From positions 1 through 48,323 of the forward strand of contig JAQBQW010000019.1 of NCBI GenBank assembly GCA_028286805.1: 48,323 nt of DNA, given 5' to 3'. The notes under the pieces were generated by a model. The model saw only the letters and a list, made by a program, of their open reading frames with translations. It did no database searches and was not told where the DNA came from. How positions within the stretch are numbered: position 1 is the stretch's first letter; every line of letters starts with the position of its first letter. Positions 36,136 through 45,164 of this stretch are shown piece after piece. This DNA comes from Parcubacteria group bacterium (lineage in GTDB: Bacteria; Patescibacteriota; Minisyncoccia; Phycocordibacterales; Zambryskibacteraceae). A program made the position numbers and the translations under genes.

Positions 36136-36205
36136 GTAAACGGCGGAAACGTCGCTTATATTAACATTTTTCCGGAAAAATGCTAGGATTGCCAAGCACT
36201 TATCT

Positions 36206-36292
36206 GGAAGAGTGGCTGAGTGGTTGAAGGCACTGGTTTCGAAAACCAGCGAGCTCGAAAGGGTTCCGAGAGTTCGAATCTCTCCTCTTCCG
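36206..36292 (+). tRNA. tRNA-Ser (CGA), type II
   Basis: GGAAGAG TG GCTGAGTGGTTGAAGGC A CTGGT TTCGAAA ACCAG long variable arm GAGAG TTCGAAT CTCTC CTCTTCC G. Confidence 0.9.
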
Positions 36293-36331
36293 CCGGATAT
36301 ATAATTGGTGTGGTATATCCATGTTTCTTAT

Positions 36332-36404
36332 GCGCGGTTAGCTCAGTTGGTAGAGCATCTCATTGACGTTGAGAGGGTCACAGGTTCGAATCCTGTATCG
36401 CGCA
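36332..36404 (+). tRNA. tRNA-Val (GAC)
   Basis: GCGCGGT TA GCTC AGTTGGTA GAGC A TCTCA TTGACGT TGAGA GGGTC ACAGG TTCGAAT CCTGT ATCGCGC A. Confidence 0.9.
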
Positions 36405-36411
36405 CACAAAT

Positions 36412-39087
36412 TTATATTGCAACAATTGTTTTAATTTGCGGTCGAGTAAGGCTTGTAACTGGAACAACCCAGTTTCCTGCTGATAGTCCTGTAAATGTTT
36501 GAGTGCTGTCGTCATCAAAGGTGACAATGACCGATGTAACTCCGGCCGGTAGTTTCATGGTAAAGATGTCAGCACCACGGGTCGCGGCGGCGGCAGTGGT
36601 AGGAATATAGCTTGAAGCATGAGAACTGTACCAGCCACTTGACGCGCCTTGTTCGTATTGGGCTCCATATATAATAGCTGTACTTGTGTTATCACCATTG
36701 TATGGCGTGACTCCGTTTGCTTGCGTAATAGATGCGAGCAATGAGAAGGCTGTATCTGAAGGACCATCGAACGCTACGCCAAATCGTCTGAAGGTATTTA
36801 TATTCTCATTTATGAATGTCGCGTTCGAAAATGTAGCACCAACGTATCCACCTGTACCACCACTGCTACCAAGATCTGCTGAAGCAGCGAGATTGGAAGA
36901 AAAATCGGAGTTAAATGCGAATAGACGGAAATCTCTCGTACCTACCCCACGTTTTGCAAATCCGGATAATATACGTTTTCCTGCAGTGAAAGGCGCGGTC
37001 ATGGAAAAACGAGTAGCCTGGTGATCAGAACTTGCAGTGGCATCTTCTTTGAGAGTGGCCGCATTGTTCGTGCCTATGGGGCCGTTGGCATTATTGGCGG
37101 TAAGAGTTGCCCCAGTTAATCCCCAACCGCTCGCAAAGTCGCTTTGAACCACATAATTTGTCGAGGTGGATTCAAGGAGCAATCCCGCGCTCGTGATACG
37201 GGCGGTATTGTTCGAGAAAAGCTGTGTCATTGCTATGTCGTATCCACCTGAACCAGAACGGGCAAATGTCGATGTGGCGCCAGTGAGATACGCAGCAAAG
37301 CTTCCATATACGTTTCCGGATGAAGTGTAGCTTCCGGTTATAAAGTTTAGGGTCACCTGAGGATTCGGAACAGTTACAATATTCGACCAAGCTCCATTAC
37401 CGGTTGCGTTCACTCCTCGCACTTCGATTGTATCGCCCGAGGCAGCCGTGACTATTTTGTTGGCCGGCACGGCTGTGGCAGTACCTCCGTTGACCCGATA
37501 TTGATGACTCGTGGCACCTGCGGCGACGAAGTATGCCAGATGAGCTTGGGTAGCATTTTCTTTTGTCACCGTAAGATTAGTGATCGTCCAAGGTACACGT
37601 GCCGCCCCCGCATAACTAACAGTAAAATCATTGATAGTTACAGAACCTGCACCGGTAAAAGGCTCTGGTCCGATTGCCATACCATTGAACCATTCGTTCC
37701 CGGTGATTTTTCCCTGACCGATAAGGTAAGCAATCATTTCGTCCCAGTACACAGTACCTGTAACATCAGCATGGTTCGTCGGCATAAACATATAATAAGG
37801 CTCTCCAGTACCACTCAAGTTTTGAGCTACTGTCCAAATTCTTCCTCCCGGATCAGTGAAAGATCCTACTTGGGTACTGCCCGTGACATACGATACCGTT
37901 GCGGGAGAAGTCCTCGCGAACATACCGACCTCATATACCTTATCACTGAGAGGGCCGTTTTGGTGAGCGGTGGTGGTGAGCCAAAACTCATGGAGAATTC
38001 CGGTGGTGGCATCGCCAGCGTAGGTATAATCAATAGTTGATGTTAAATCAGTGATGGTATACGCCTGCCGAGGGGTAATCGAAACAGTTGGATCACTGAA
38101 ATCATAATTGCCATAGCTCGCGGTAAGATACCCATAAATTCCTCCATACGCAGGGGTAGGAACTCTCCAAGTCATTTTAGTACCAACTGGGAAAATGTTT
38201 GGGTAGACTTTTACTTGAGATACGTAATCTACATTTTCAACTGCCGTATGACCCAATCCCAGCGTTGGATCTGTGAAGAGATACCAGAAGCTTGCATAGG
38301 CGCTGTATGGACTGTTGGCTTTATAGCCAGTAAAGTTTCCATACACTATTCCATTATCTACCGTAACACTCACTCCCGATGAGAAAGCCAGATTACTTGA
38401 CGTGTCGCGAGCAACCGCAGTTATCATGCGGGTACCCAATGAAATTGCGCTGGTGTTCCATGTGACAGAATATGGAGCAGTAGTATCTTCTGAACCGACG
38501 TTCACTCCATCAACTTTGAACTGGACTCCTGCAATTGCAACATTGTCCGAAGCGGCTGCAGCAAGTACAACTGCAGTTCCGGACGCCGTGGCATTATTTA
38601 AAGGGGATGTTATGGAAACGTATGGTGTAGATGTGTCAATTACCGGTCCAGACCACAGTGCTCCTATTCGATGAGTAGTCTGCCCGACCGGTTTTACTGT
38701 CGTTGCTGGGGCAACAACCGCAGGAATCGCCGATACAGGATTTGAAGGATTCGAGATTGAAACCTGTTTTATTTTAGCTCGGGTTTGTGGACCAACTATA
38801 CCCATCGGTTCAATACTATTTGCTAATTGAAAAGCAGCTACGGCTTTAGATGTAGCTGCACCATAATACCCAGTAATCGCAGGATATGTATAATAACCTT
38901 TATCTTTTAAGAATCGTTGAAGAGAGATCACATCAGCACCAGATATACCCACATAGAGCTGTCGAGTAATATTTGGCACCGTAGTTGCCGCTGAGGAAAC
39001 TTGGGCTTCAGCTTTATAAACAACGGAAGGTAAAATACAACTAGAGAAAAGGAAAGCTAAAAGCAAGAAAGTTGAACGTATGTTCAT
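36412..39087 (-). CDS. large secreted multidomain surface protein (PG-binding, Ig-like, FN3-like and lectin/LamG-like C-terminal domains)
   Basis: Signal peptide. PG_binding_1-like LQRFLKDKGYYTYPAITGYYGAATSKAVAAFQ. Ig-like block VQFKVDGVNVGSEDTTAPYSVTWNT. C-terminal YGAQYEQGASSGWYSSHASSYIPTTAAAATRGAD resembles the jelly-roll lectin domains of phage fibre or adhesin proteins. Confidence 0.6.
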   Translation of the reverse strand: MNIRSTFLLLAFLFSSCILPSVVYKAEAQVSSAATTVPNITRQLYVGISGADVISLQRFLKDKGYYTYPAITGYYGAATSKAVAAFQLANSIEPMGIVGPQTRAKIKQVSISNPSNPVSAIPAVVAPATTVKPVGQTTHRIGALWSGPVIDTSTPYVSITSPLNNATASGTAVVLAAAASDNVAIAGVQFKVDGVNVGSEDTTAPYSVTWNTSAISLGTRMITAVARDTSSNLAFSSGVSVTVDNGIVYGNFTGYKANSPYSAYASFWYLFTDPTLGLGHTAVENVDYVSQVKVYPNIFPVGTKMTWRVPTPAYGGIYGYLTASYGNYDFSDPTVSITPRQAYTITDLTSTIDYTYAGDATTGILHEFWLTTTAHQNGPLSDKVYEVGMFARTSPATVSYVTGSTQVGSFTDPGGRIWTVAQNLSGTGEPYYMFMPTNHADVTGTVYWDEMIAYLIGQGKITGNEWFNGMAIGPEPFTGAGSVTINDFTVSYAGAARVPWTITNLTVTKENATQAHLAYFVAAGATSHQYRVNGGTATAVPANKIVTAASGDTIEVRGVNATGNGAWSNIVTVPNPQVTLNFITGSYTSSGNVYGSFAAYLTGATSTFARSGSGGYDIAMTQLFSNNTARITSAGLLLESTSTNYVVQSDFASGWGLTGATLTANNANGPIGTNNAATLKEDATASSDHQATRFSMTAPFTAGKRILSGFAKRGVGTRDFRLFAFNSDFSSNLAASADLGSSGGTGGYVGATFSNATFINENINTFRRFGVAFDGPSDTAFSLLASITQANGVTPYNGDNTSTAIIYGAQYEQGASSGWYSSHASSYIPTTAAAATRGADIFTMKLPAGVTSVIVTFDDDSTQTFTGLSAGNWVVPVTSLTRPQIKTIVAI

Positions 39088-39092
39088 GATTG

Positions 39093-39098
39093 ATTATA
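39093..39098 (-). promoter_or_regulatory. -10 box TATAAT 5 nt before the ATG at 39087 (leaderless-type)
   Basis: Minus strand reads gcgaaTATAATcaatcATG. Confidence 0.4.
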
Positions 39099-39188
39099 TT
39101 CGCAAATATTACCACACTTAATGACAAAATGTATGTTTTTATCTTAATTCTCGAAAAAACCAAATTTAAAAGGTAAACTGCAGGTACA

Positions 39189-40226
39189 GTGAAAATACTC
39201 GCCATAGAAACATCGTGTGATGAAACAGCTATTGCCCTCTTGGAAGCCACCGGAGGATTAGAAGCACCCCGATTCAAGGTGCTTGGAAACACTCTCGTCT
39301 CCCAGATAGATCTCCATAAGGAATATGGCGGCGTATATCCAATGCTCGCTAAACGCGAACATGAAAAAAATCTCCCTATAGTATTAGAGAAAACATTAAA
39401 TGAAGCGGGTAATTCCAAAGACATTGATTATATTGCCGTCACCAACGGTCCGGGTCTCGCTCCCGCCCTTTGGACCGGAATCACTTTTGCAGAAGCGTTA
39501 GGTAAAGAATGGAACGTTCCGGTTCTTCCCATAAATCATATGGAAGGACATCTCTATTCCCCCCTTTTTCACGTTAACAAAACCCTCGAATTTCCTTCCA
39601 TTGCTCTCCTCGTTTCTGGAGGCCACACCGAACTTGTATTAATGAAAGACTTTGGAACCTATGAGATATTGGGCAAAACCCGAGACGATGCCGTTGGAGA
39701 AGCCTTTGATAAGGTGGCCCGTTTATTAGGCCTCGAATATCCCGGGGGTCCGAAGATTTCTGCTTTAGCCAATCGACACAGAGAGAAGGGCATTTCCTCT
39801 ACTCTCTCATTCCCAAGACCCATGATCAACTCTCACGATCTCGATTTTTCGTATTCAGGATTAAAAACCAGTGTTTTATACAAACTAAAAGAAATCGGAG
39901 ACATAGACGAATCCATTCGCGAAGAAGTGGCTCGCGCTTTTGAAGACGCGGCTATCGAAGTATTGATAGAAAAAACTAAACAAGCTTTGGAAATCCACAA
40001 TCCAAAAACTCTCATTGTTGCAGGAGGTGTTTCAATGAATTCCTATCTCAGACAAGAATTGCAGAAGCTTTCGAACTTATTCCCGGACACTTCCCTTCTT
40101 TTGCCCGAACCTTCGCTCACAACAGACAATGCAATCATGATTGGCATCGCTGCATATATCAATATATTGAAAGACAAGAAACTGGAATCAGGAGATATCG
40201 TAGCCCAAGGAAACCTTTCTCTCTAG
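39189..40226 (+). CDS. tsaD: tRNA N6-adenosine threonylcarbamoyltransferase TsaD
   Basis: GTG start. MKILAIETSCDETAIALLE, metal motif HMEGHL, and VSGGHTEL. Confidence 0.9.
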   Translation: MKILAIETSCDETAIALLEATGGLEAPRFKVLGNTLVSQIDLHKEYGGVYPMLAKREHEKNLPIVLEKTLNEAGNSKDIDYIAVTNGPGLAPALWTGITFAEALGKEWNVPVLPINHMEGHLYSPLFHVNKTLEFPSIALLVSGGHTELVLMKDFGTYEILGKTRDDAVGEAFDKVARLLGLEYPGGPKISALANRHREKGISSTLSFPRPMINSHDLDFSYSGLKTSVLYKLKEIGDIDESIREEVARAFEDAAIEVLIEKTKQALEIHNPKTLIVAGGVSMNSYLRQELQKLSNLFPDTSLLLPEPSLTTDNAIMIGIAAYINILKDKKLESGDIVAQGNLSL

Positions 40227-40230
40227 AGGA

Positions 40231-42747
40231 TTATTCGAGTTCTTCGGCAGTAACGCTATCTGCTTTCTTCCACATGGATTTTGAGCGGGCGGTCATAACG
40301 AGGTACCAGGCTTTGGTCGAGTTTTTGATTCCACTGTGTTTTGGGTAGAGCGCCATCCAGATGACAGAAAGGATGAGGATTATGAGAAGCGGCAAGAGGA
40401 GGCACCATTCACCGTAGAAGTAGGCCGCAATGATGGCGAGTGTAAGTCCGAGAGTAATGATGGTCCATTTGACCAAGAACTTCTTAAGGACATTTTCAGG
40501 GGTGTCCTTTATAAAGACATCTTCAAGGACGTTAGCGAGGATATAAAGGACAATCAGGATAAGAAGGAATTCGTAAATGCATTGGAGTGTATTGAGCAAT
40601 CCGGCTGGAGCTGTGAAGATCGCCGCAGCTAGGTTTCTAAGGTTTTGTCCCTGTACACTACCCACGATGGGGAGTTCCACTGGAGAACTTGTAGCTAGGG
40701 TGGTTGTAGAAATGTCCTTTATAATCGTAGTTGTTACCCCGGGGGTGAAGACTACCGGAAGACCCTGGTTATTTACTCCTTGGAGAAGGGCTTTAAATGC
40801 TGCAATTTCTTTAGCTTGAGCATCGTTTAGCGGGAATGAACCGAGACAGTAGATCTCGTTAATCTTCTTCAAGGTCAAAATGTATACATAGTGAGTAGGT
40901 GCAGTGTGTCCCCATGGGGTAAGAATGTCATCTCTATAGAGGTTCTGGAAGGCATCCACGCCGTTTACAGTTGCCTGATCGAAGACACCGTTTACGGTAA
41001 CGTAGTTATATCCCTGGATAACTCTGAGGAATGATTGAAGTTTCATCACTTCTTCAGGATTGTTATTGAAATCGCTGCGCATGTAATCTTTCAAGTAAAG
41101 GCAGCCTGCTGCGTTTGTAGTAGGAATAACCGGATGTCGGCTACCTCCTGGGACAAACGCAATACCGCCTCCACCACCTCCTGGAGGAATTGGACCCTGT
41201 GGAATAGGACCGCCGCCTCCAGGTGTGTTTACAGTGATAACAAGAGTCTTAGTATCGGTTCCACAATTATTGGTTGAAGTTATGGTGATATTCGAAACAC
41301 CCGGAGCTGTAGGCGTTCCTGAGATAGTTTGAGTCGAAGTCGAATATGAAAGGCCGGCTGGAAGAGTCGAAGTAGAAACGGTGATTACGGGGCTTGTGCT
41401 TGAATTTGCGGTAGTAACAAGATATGTAAATGCATCTCCGGTGTTCACAGTTACCGCAAGAGAGCTCGTAATATTGGCAACTGAACAGGTGGGAATAGTT
41501 CCCCCCGCAAGACCAACCACCACTGAATCTGTTGCAACTGCAACACCGTTCGTACAAGTAACGGTAATAATCGTTGGAGTAGTTGTTGTTGGATAGTAAG
41601 GATGGGTGGAATCAATGACAAGGCTTGTTCCATTTATAGCCAAACCGGTGGTGGAAGGAGAGGTAAGATCACAAGAAGTGGCATTAGTTGAAACCCAAGT
41701 GTATGTAAACGTTTGACCAGGATTCAAAGTAACAGGGCCGTCGGAACCGTTAGCTTTCACGTCTACGGTTGGAAGGGTTGGAGGTACTCCGTTTCCAGCC
41801 AAGCTGATCACCACACTGTCAGTCGCAACAGCTACTCCATTGGTACATGTAACAGTAACAGTGGTAGGAGTGGTGGTTCCAGGATAATAAGGGTGATTTG
41901 TATCAATAACCAGACTTGTTCCTGAAGTTGCCAATCCTGTGGTTGAAGGCGAAGCGAGGTCGCAGGAAGTGGCGTTGGTAGAAACCCAAGTGTATGTAAA
42001 TGTTTGGCCTAACGAAAGGACAACCGGGCCATCTGAGCCATTAGCCTTTACATCCACTGTTGGGATAGAAGGCCCCACAGGACCTCCCGAACCAAGACTT
42101 ACTACAACACTGTCGGTGGCAACAGCTACCCCGTTCGTACAAGTAACGGTAATCGTAGTTGGGGTGGTAGTTCCCGGATAGTAAGGATGAGTAGCATCAA
42201 TTACCAAACTTGTTCCTGAAGTGGCAAGACCGGTTGTAGAGGGAGAAGCAAGATCACATGAAGTGGCGTTTGATGAAGTCCATGTATACGTAAATGTTTG
42301 ACCAGGATTCAAAGTAACAGGGCCGTCGGAACCGTTAGCTTTCACGTCTACGGTTGGAATTGCAGGAGCTGTTGGCGCAAGATTAACAACAACTGAATCC
42401 GATCCGATAGCAACGCCATCTGTACATGTAACAGTGATGGTGGTTGGGTGACCGACAGTTGGATAGTATGGGTGCGTTGAATCAATTACTAAACTTGTTC
42501 CTGAAGTTGCCAATCCTGTGGTTGAAGGCGAAGCGAGGTCGCAAGAAGTGGCATCTGTTGAGGACCACGAATATGTAAATGTTTCTCCAGAATTAAGAGT
42601 GACTGGACCATGGGAACCATTCACAGATAGAGTTACTGCAGGGCCAGCGGCAAAAGCAGCAGCCGGAAAGCTAGAGAAAATAACCATCACAAGCATGTAT
42701 GCAGTGATGATCTTTCCTATGAATGTGTGTGCCTTTGCTTTTTGCAT
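40231..42747 (-). CDS. large surface protein: signal peptide, 4 tandem ~97-aa repeats, He_PIG-like Ig domain, PG-binding domain, C-terminal multi-TM anchor
   Basis: The repeat unit PTVDVKANGSDGPVTLNPGQTFTYTW..SCDL.SPSTTGLA..GTSLVID..HPYYP...TP..ITVTCTNGVAVATDSVV occurs four times. LPAGLSYSTSTQTISGTPTAPG. LQSFLRVIQGYNYVTVNGVFDQATVNGVDAFQ. Three hydrophobic helices at the C-terminus. Confidence 0.65.
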   Translation of the reverse strand: MQKAKAHTFIGKIITAYMLVMVIFSSFPAAAFAAGPAVTLSVNGSHGPVTLNSGETFTYSWSSTDATSCDLASPSTTGLATSGTSLVIDSTHPYYPTVGHPTTITVTCTDGVAIGSDSVVVNLAPTAPAIPTVDVKANGSDGPVTLNPGQTFTYTWTSSNATSCDLASPSTTGLATSGTSLVIDATHPYYPGTTTPTTITVTCTNGVAVATDSVVVSLGSGGPVGPSIPTVDVKANGSDGPVVLSLGQTFTYTWVSTNATSCDLASPSTTGLATSGTSLVIDTNHPYYPGTTTPTTVTVTCTNGVAVATDSVVISLAGNGVPPTLPTVDVKANGSDGPVTLNPGQTFTYTWVSTNATSCDLTSPSTTGLAINGTSLVIDSTHPYYPTTTTPTIITVTCTNGVAVATDSVVVGLAGGTIPTCSVANITSSLAVTVNTGDAFTYLVTTANSSTSPVITVSTSTLPAGLSYSTSTQTISGTPTAPGVSNITITSTNNCGTDTKTLVITVNTPGGGGPIPQGPIPPGGGGGGIAFVPGGSRHPVIPTTNAAGCLYLKDYMRSDFNNNPEEVMKLQSFLRVIQGYNYVTVNGVFDQATVNGVDAFQNLYRDDILTPWGHTAPTHYVYILTLKKINEIYCLGSFPLNDAQAKEIAAFKALLQGVNNQGLPVVFTPGVTTTIIKDISTTTLATSSPVELPIVGSVQGQNLRNLAAAIFTAPAGLLNTLQCIYEFLLILIVLYILANVLEDVFIKDTPENVLKKFLVKWTIITLGLTLAIIAAYFYGEWCLLLPLLIILILSVIWMALYPKHSGIKNSTKAWYLVMTARSKSMWKKADSVTAEELE
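41480..42645 (-). repeat. four in-frame tandem repeats of about 291-294 bp inside 40231-42747
   Basis: Exact 64-mer shared by 41711-41774 and 42296-42359. Exact 50-mer shared by 41915-41964 and 42494-42543. The block boundaries are approximate. Confidence 0.85.
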
Positions 42748-42977
42748 GTCGGTTCCGAAACAGTACTCTCTTTTCTGATTATGTCAAGTGATTAATCAAA
42801 CGATGGATATGCGGGTTTAACCTTATTTCTAGCCTTATTATTAAAGTATGTCCTTTATTAATTATTTGTCCTTTAATGACACTGGAGTAACTAATGCAAT
42901 ATTTTTGAATCCTTGATTTTTTTGTCCTTTTAAACAAGTTATCAAGGATATAAAGAGCGTGTTACCATTATAGACGT

Positions 42978-45164
42978 ATGAATGAACGATTTCTTAAACC
43001 ATACGATCCTGTTGAGACAGAGACTCGTATTTACGAAGCTTGGGAACAAAGTCAGCTTTTTAACCCAGATGTAAACCTTGAGAAGGGCTATGCAAACGCA
43101 GATGCTCCCGTTTTCTCTATAGTACTCCCTCCTCCAAACGTCACTGGCATCCTTCACATGGGAAGTGCCTTGATGATAGTAATCGAAGATATTTTTGTAC
43201 GCTTTTCACGCATGAAGGGTATGCGCACTCTATGGATCCCTGGAACCGATTCGGCCGCTATTGCAACCCAAACAAGGGTTGAAAAGGACATTCAAAAAGC
43301 AGAGAACCTTTCCCGACACGATCTTGGACGAGAAGAACTATTAAAACGTATCGATAGTTTTGTTGAATCGAGCAAATCCACTATCATTTCTCAAATTAAG
43401 GGGATGGGTGCTTCTGTTGACTGGTCTCGATATGCGTACACCATGGATGAGGCACGGTACAAAGCCGTCATGGAAGCTTTCGTTCGTATGTATGAAGCAG
43501 GTCTCATCTATAGAGGAAACCGAATTGTTAACTGGGATCCAAAAGGGCAGACCACCATTTCAGATGACGAAATAGTATACGAAGAAAGAGAAGCGAAGCT
43601 TTATACATTTAAATATTCAAAAGACTTCCCTATTTCCATTTCAACCACTCGCCCAGAGACGAAGGTGGGAGATACTGCGGTTGCAGTCCATCCCGATGAT
43701 GCTCGATACCAACAGTTCATCGGCCAAGAATTTGATCTTACATTCTGTGATGTTCCTTTGCATATTAAAATCATTGCAGATAGAGAAGTCGATCCAGAAT
43801 TTGGTACAGGAGCTTTGGGAGTAACCCCAGCGCACAGCCACATAGATTGGATGATTGCAGACAGACATGGGTTATCACGTCCCCAAGTCATTAACGAATA
43901 CGCCAAGATGGAAGTTGGAGGCAGACTAAATGGCAAGAAAGTTAATGAAGCGAGAGAGATGGTGGTGGCTTGGCTTCAGGAAGAAGGTCTTCTTGAAAAA
44001 GAAGAGAAGATTTCCCAAAACATTTCAACCGCTGAACGCACGGGAGGTATTATTGAACCACTTCCAAAGCTTCAATGGTTCATTGATGTGAATAAAGACT
44101 TCACAATGGAACATTCTGAAATTCCAGGCATCAAATCCGGCAGTTCAGTTTCTCTTAAACATATGATGCGGCAGGCGGTTGAAAGTGAGGAAATCAATAT
44201 TTTAGGAGAAGGATTCAGAAAGACGTATCTTCATTGGGTAAACAACCTAAGAGACTGGTGTATTTCCAGACAAATTTGGTTTGGACATCGCATACCAGTA
44301 TGGTACCGAGGCGATGAAATCTATGTAGGAGTAAAAGCTCCTACAGATGAAGGTTGGCAACAGGACTCAGATGTGTTAGATACGTGGTTTTCGTCTGCTC
44401 TGTGGACTTTCACCACGTTAGGCTGGCCCGCGATCACTCCGGATCTAAAAACATACCATCCAACCACTCTTATCGAAACAGGCTATGACATTCTTCCCTT
44501 CTGGGTTTCTCGTATGATCATGATGAGCGGATTTTTCCTCGGACAGATTCCTTTTAAGACCGTGTACCTCCACGGATTGGTTCGGGATGCTCAAGGCCGC
44601 AAGATATCAAAATCGTTGGGAAACAATATAGATCCGGTAGACATGGCTAAAAAATACGGCACCGATGCAGTCCGTTTTTCCCTCATTGCCGGGACCGCCG
44701 TTGGAACAGATTCAAAGATATCCGAAGATAAGATTCGAGGCTATAAAAATTTTGCCAACAAGTTGTGGAACATTACCCGTTTCGTTCTTTCAAACACAGA
44801 AGGATTCGAATATGATCCTAATAGGAAATATACCGATTCGGATATCGAAGAAATGAACAGCGAATTTGCTGCAGCAACCGCAGAACTTGAGAATTGGAGA
44901 CTGCATAATGCCTCTGAACGCATTTATCATTATATCTGGCACAGTTTTGCAGACCGAGTGATCGAAGAAAGCAAGAATACCCTCTTTGACGAATCCGCTT
45001 CCGAAGAAAAGAAAGACGAAGTTCGGTGGAAGCTGTATCATCTTTTATCTACTTCTCTGAAAACTCTCCATCCATTCATGCCATTCGTAACCGAAGAAAT
45101 CTGGCAGAACATGCCGCATAAAAAGGAACGCCCATTCTTAATGGTTGAGACTTGGCCACGATGA
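42978..45164 (+). CDS. valS: valine--tRNA ligase (short form, no C-terminal coiled coil)
   Basis: PPPNVTGILHMGSAL (HIGH region, reads HMGS), TTRPETKVGDTAVAVHPDDARY, and KMSKS as KISKSLGN. 728 aa. Confidence 0.9.
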   Translation: MNERFLKPYDPVETETRIYEAWEQSQLFNPDVNLEKGYANADAPVFSIVLPPPNVTGILHMGSALMIVIEDIFVRFSRMKGMRTLWIPGTDSAAIATQTRVEKDIQKAENLSRHDLGREELLKRIDSFVESSKSTIISQIKGMGASVDWSRYAYTMDEARYKAVMEAFVRMYEAGLIYRGNRIVNWDPKGQTTISDDEIVYEEREAKLYTFKYSKDFPISISTTRPETKVGDTAVAVHPDDARYQQFIGQEFDLTFCDVPLHIKIIADREVDPEFGTGALGVTPAHSHIDWMIADRHGLSRPQVINEYAKMEVGGRLNGKKVNEAREMVVAWLQEEGLLEKEEKISQNISTAERTGGIIEPLPKLQWFIDVNKDFTMEHSEIPGIKSGSSVSLKHMMRQAVESEEINILGEGFRKTYLHWVNNLRDWCISRQIWFGHRIPVWYRGDEIYVGVKAPTDEGWQQDSDVLDTWFSSALWTFTTLGWPAITPDLKTYHPTTLIETGYDILPFWVSRMIMMSGFFLGQIPFKTVYLHGLVRDAQGRKISKSLGNNIDPVDMAKKYGTDAVRFSLIAGTAVGTDSKISEDKIRGYKNFANKLWNITRFVLSNTEGFEYDPNRKYTDSDIEEMNSEFAAATAELENWRLHNASERIYHYIWHSFADRVIEESKNTLFDESASEEKKDEVRWKLYHLLSTSLKTLHPFMPFVTEEIWQNMPHKKERPFLMVETWPR

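Noticed and set aside
36305-36502. ORF 36305-36502 (+, 65 aa)
   Set aside because: It overlaps tRNA-Val (36332-36404) and the 3' end of the 891-aa gene, and has no start context.
41480-42645. Possible CRISPR array or non-coding satellite
   Set aside because: The repeats are about 292 bp, contiguous with no spacers, in frame, and encode a conserved protein module. The 22-bp repeats at 34029, 34850 and 35394 are 544-821 bp apart with genes between them, so they are not CRISPR either.
36412-42747. Diversity-generating retroelement targeting the large surface proteins
   Set aside because: There is no reverse transcriptase ORF. I could find no template/variable repeat pair with A-specific mismatches in the window.
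42748-42977. T-box riboswitch upstream of valS
   Set aside because: I find no T-box consensus (AAnnnGGGTGGTACCGCG-like), no specifier-loop/AGAGA architecture, and no terminator/antiterminator pair.
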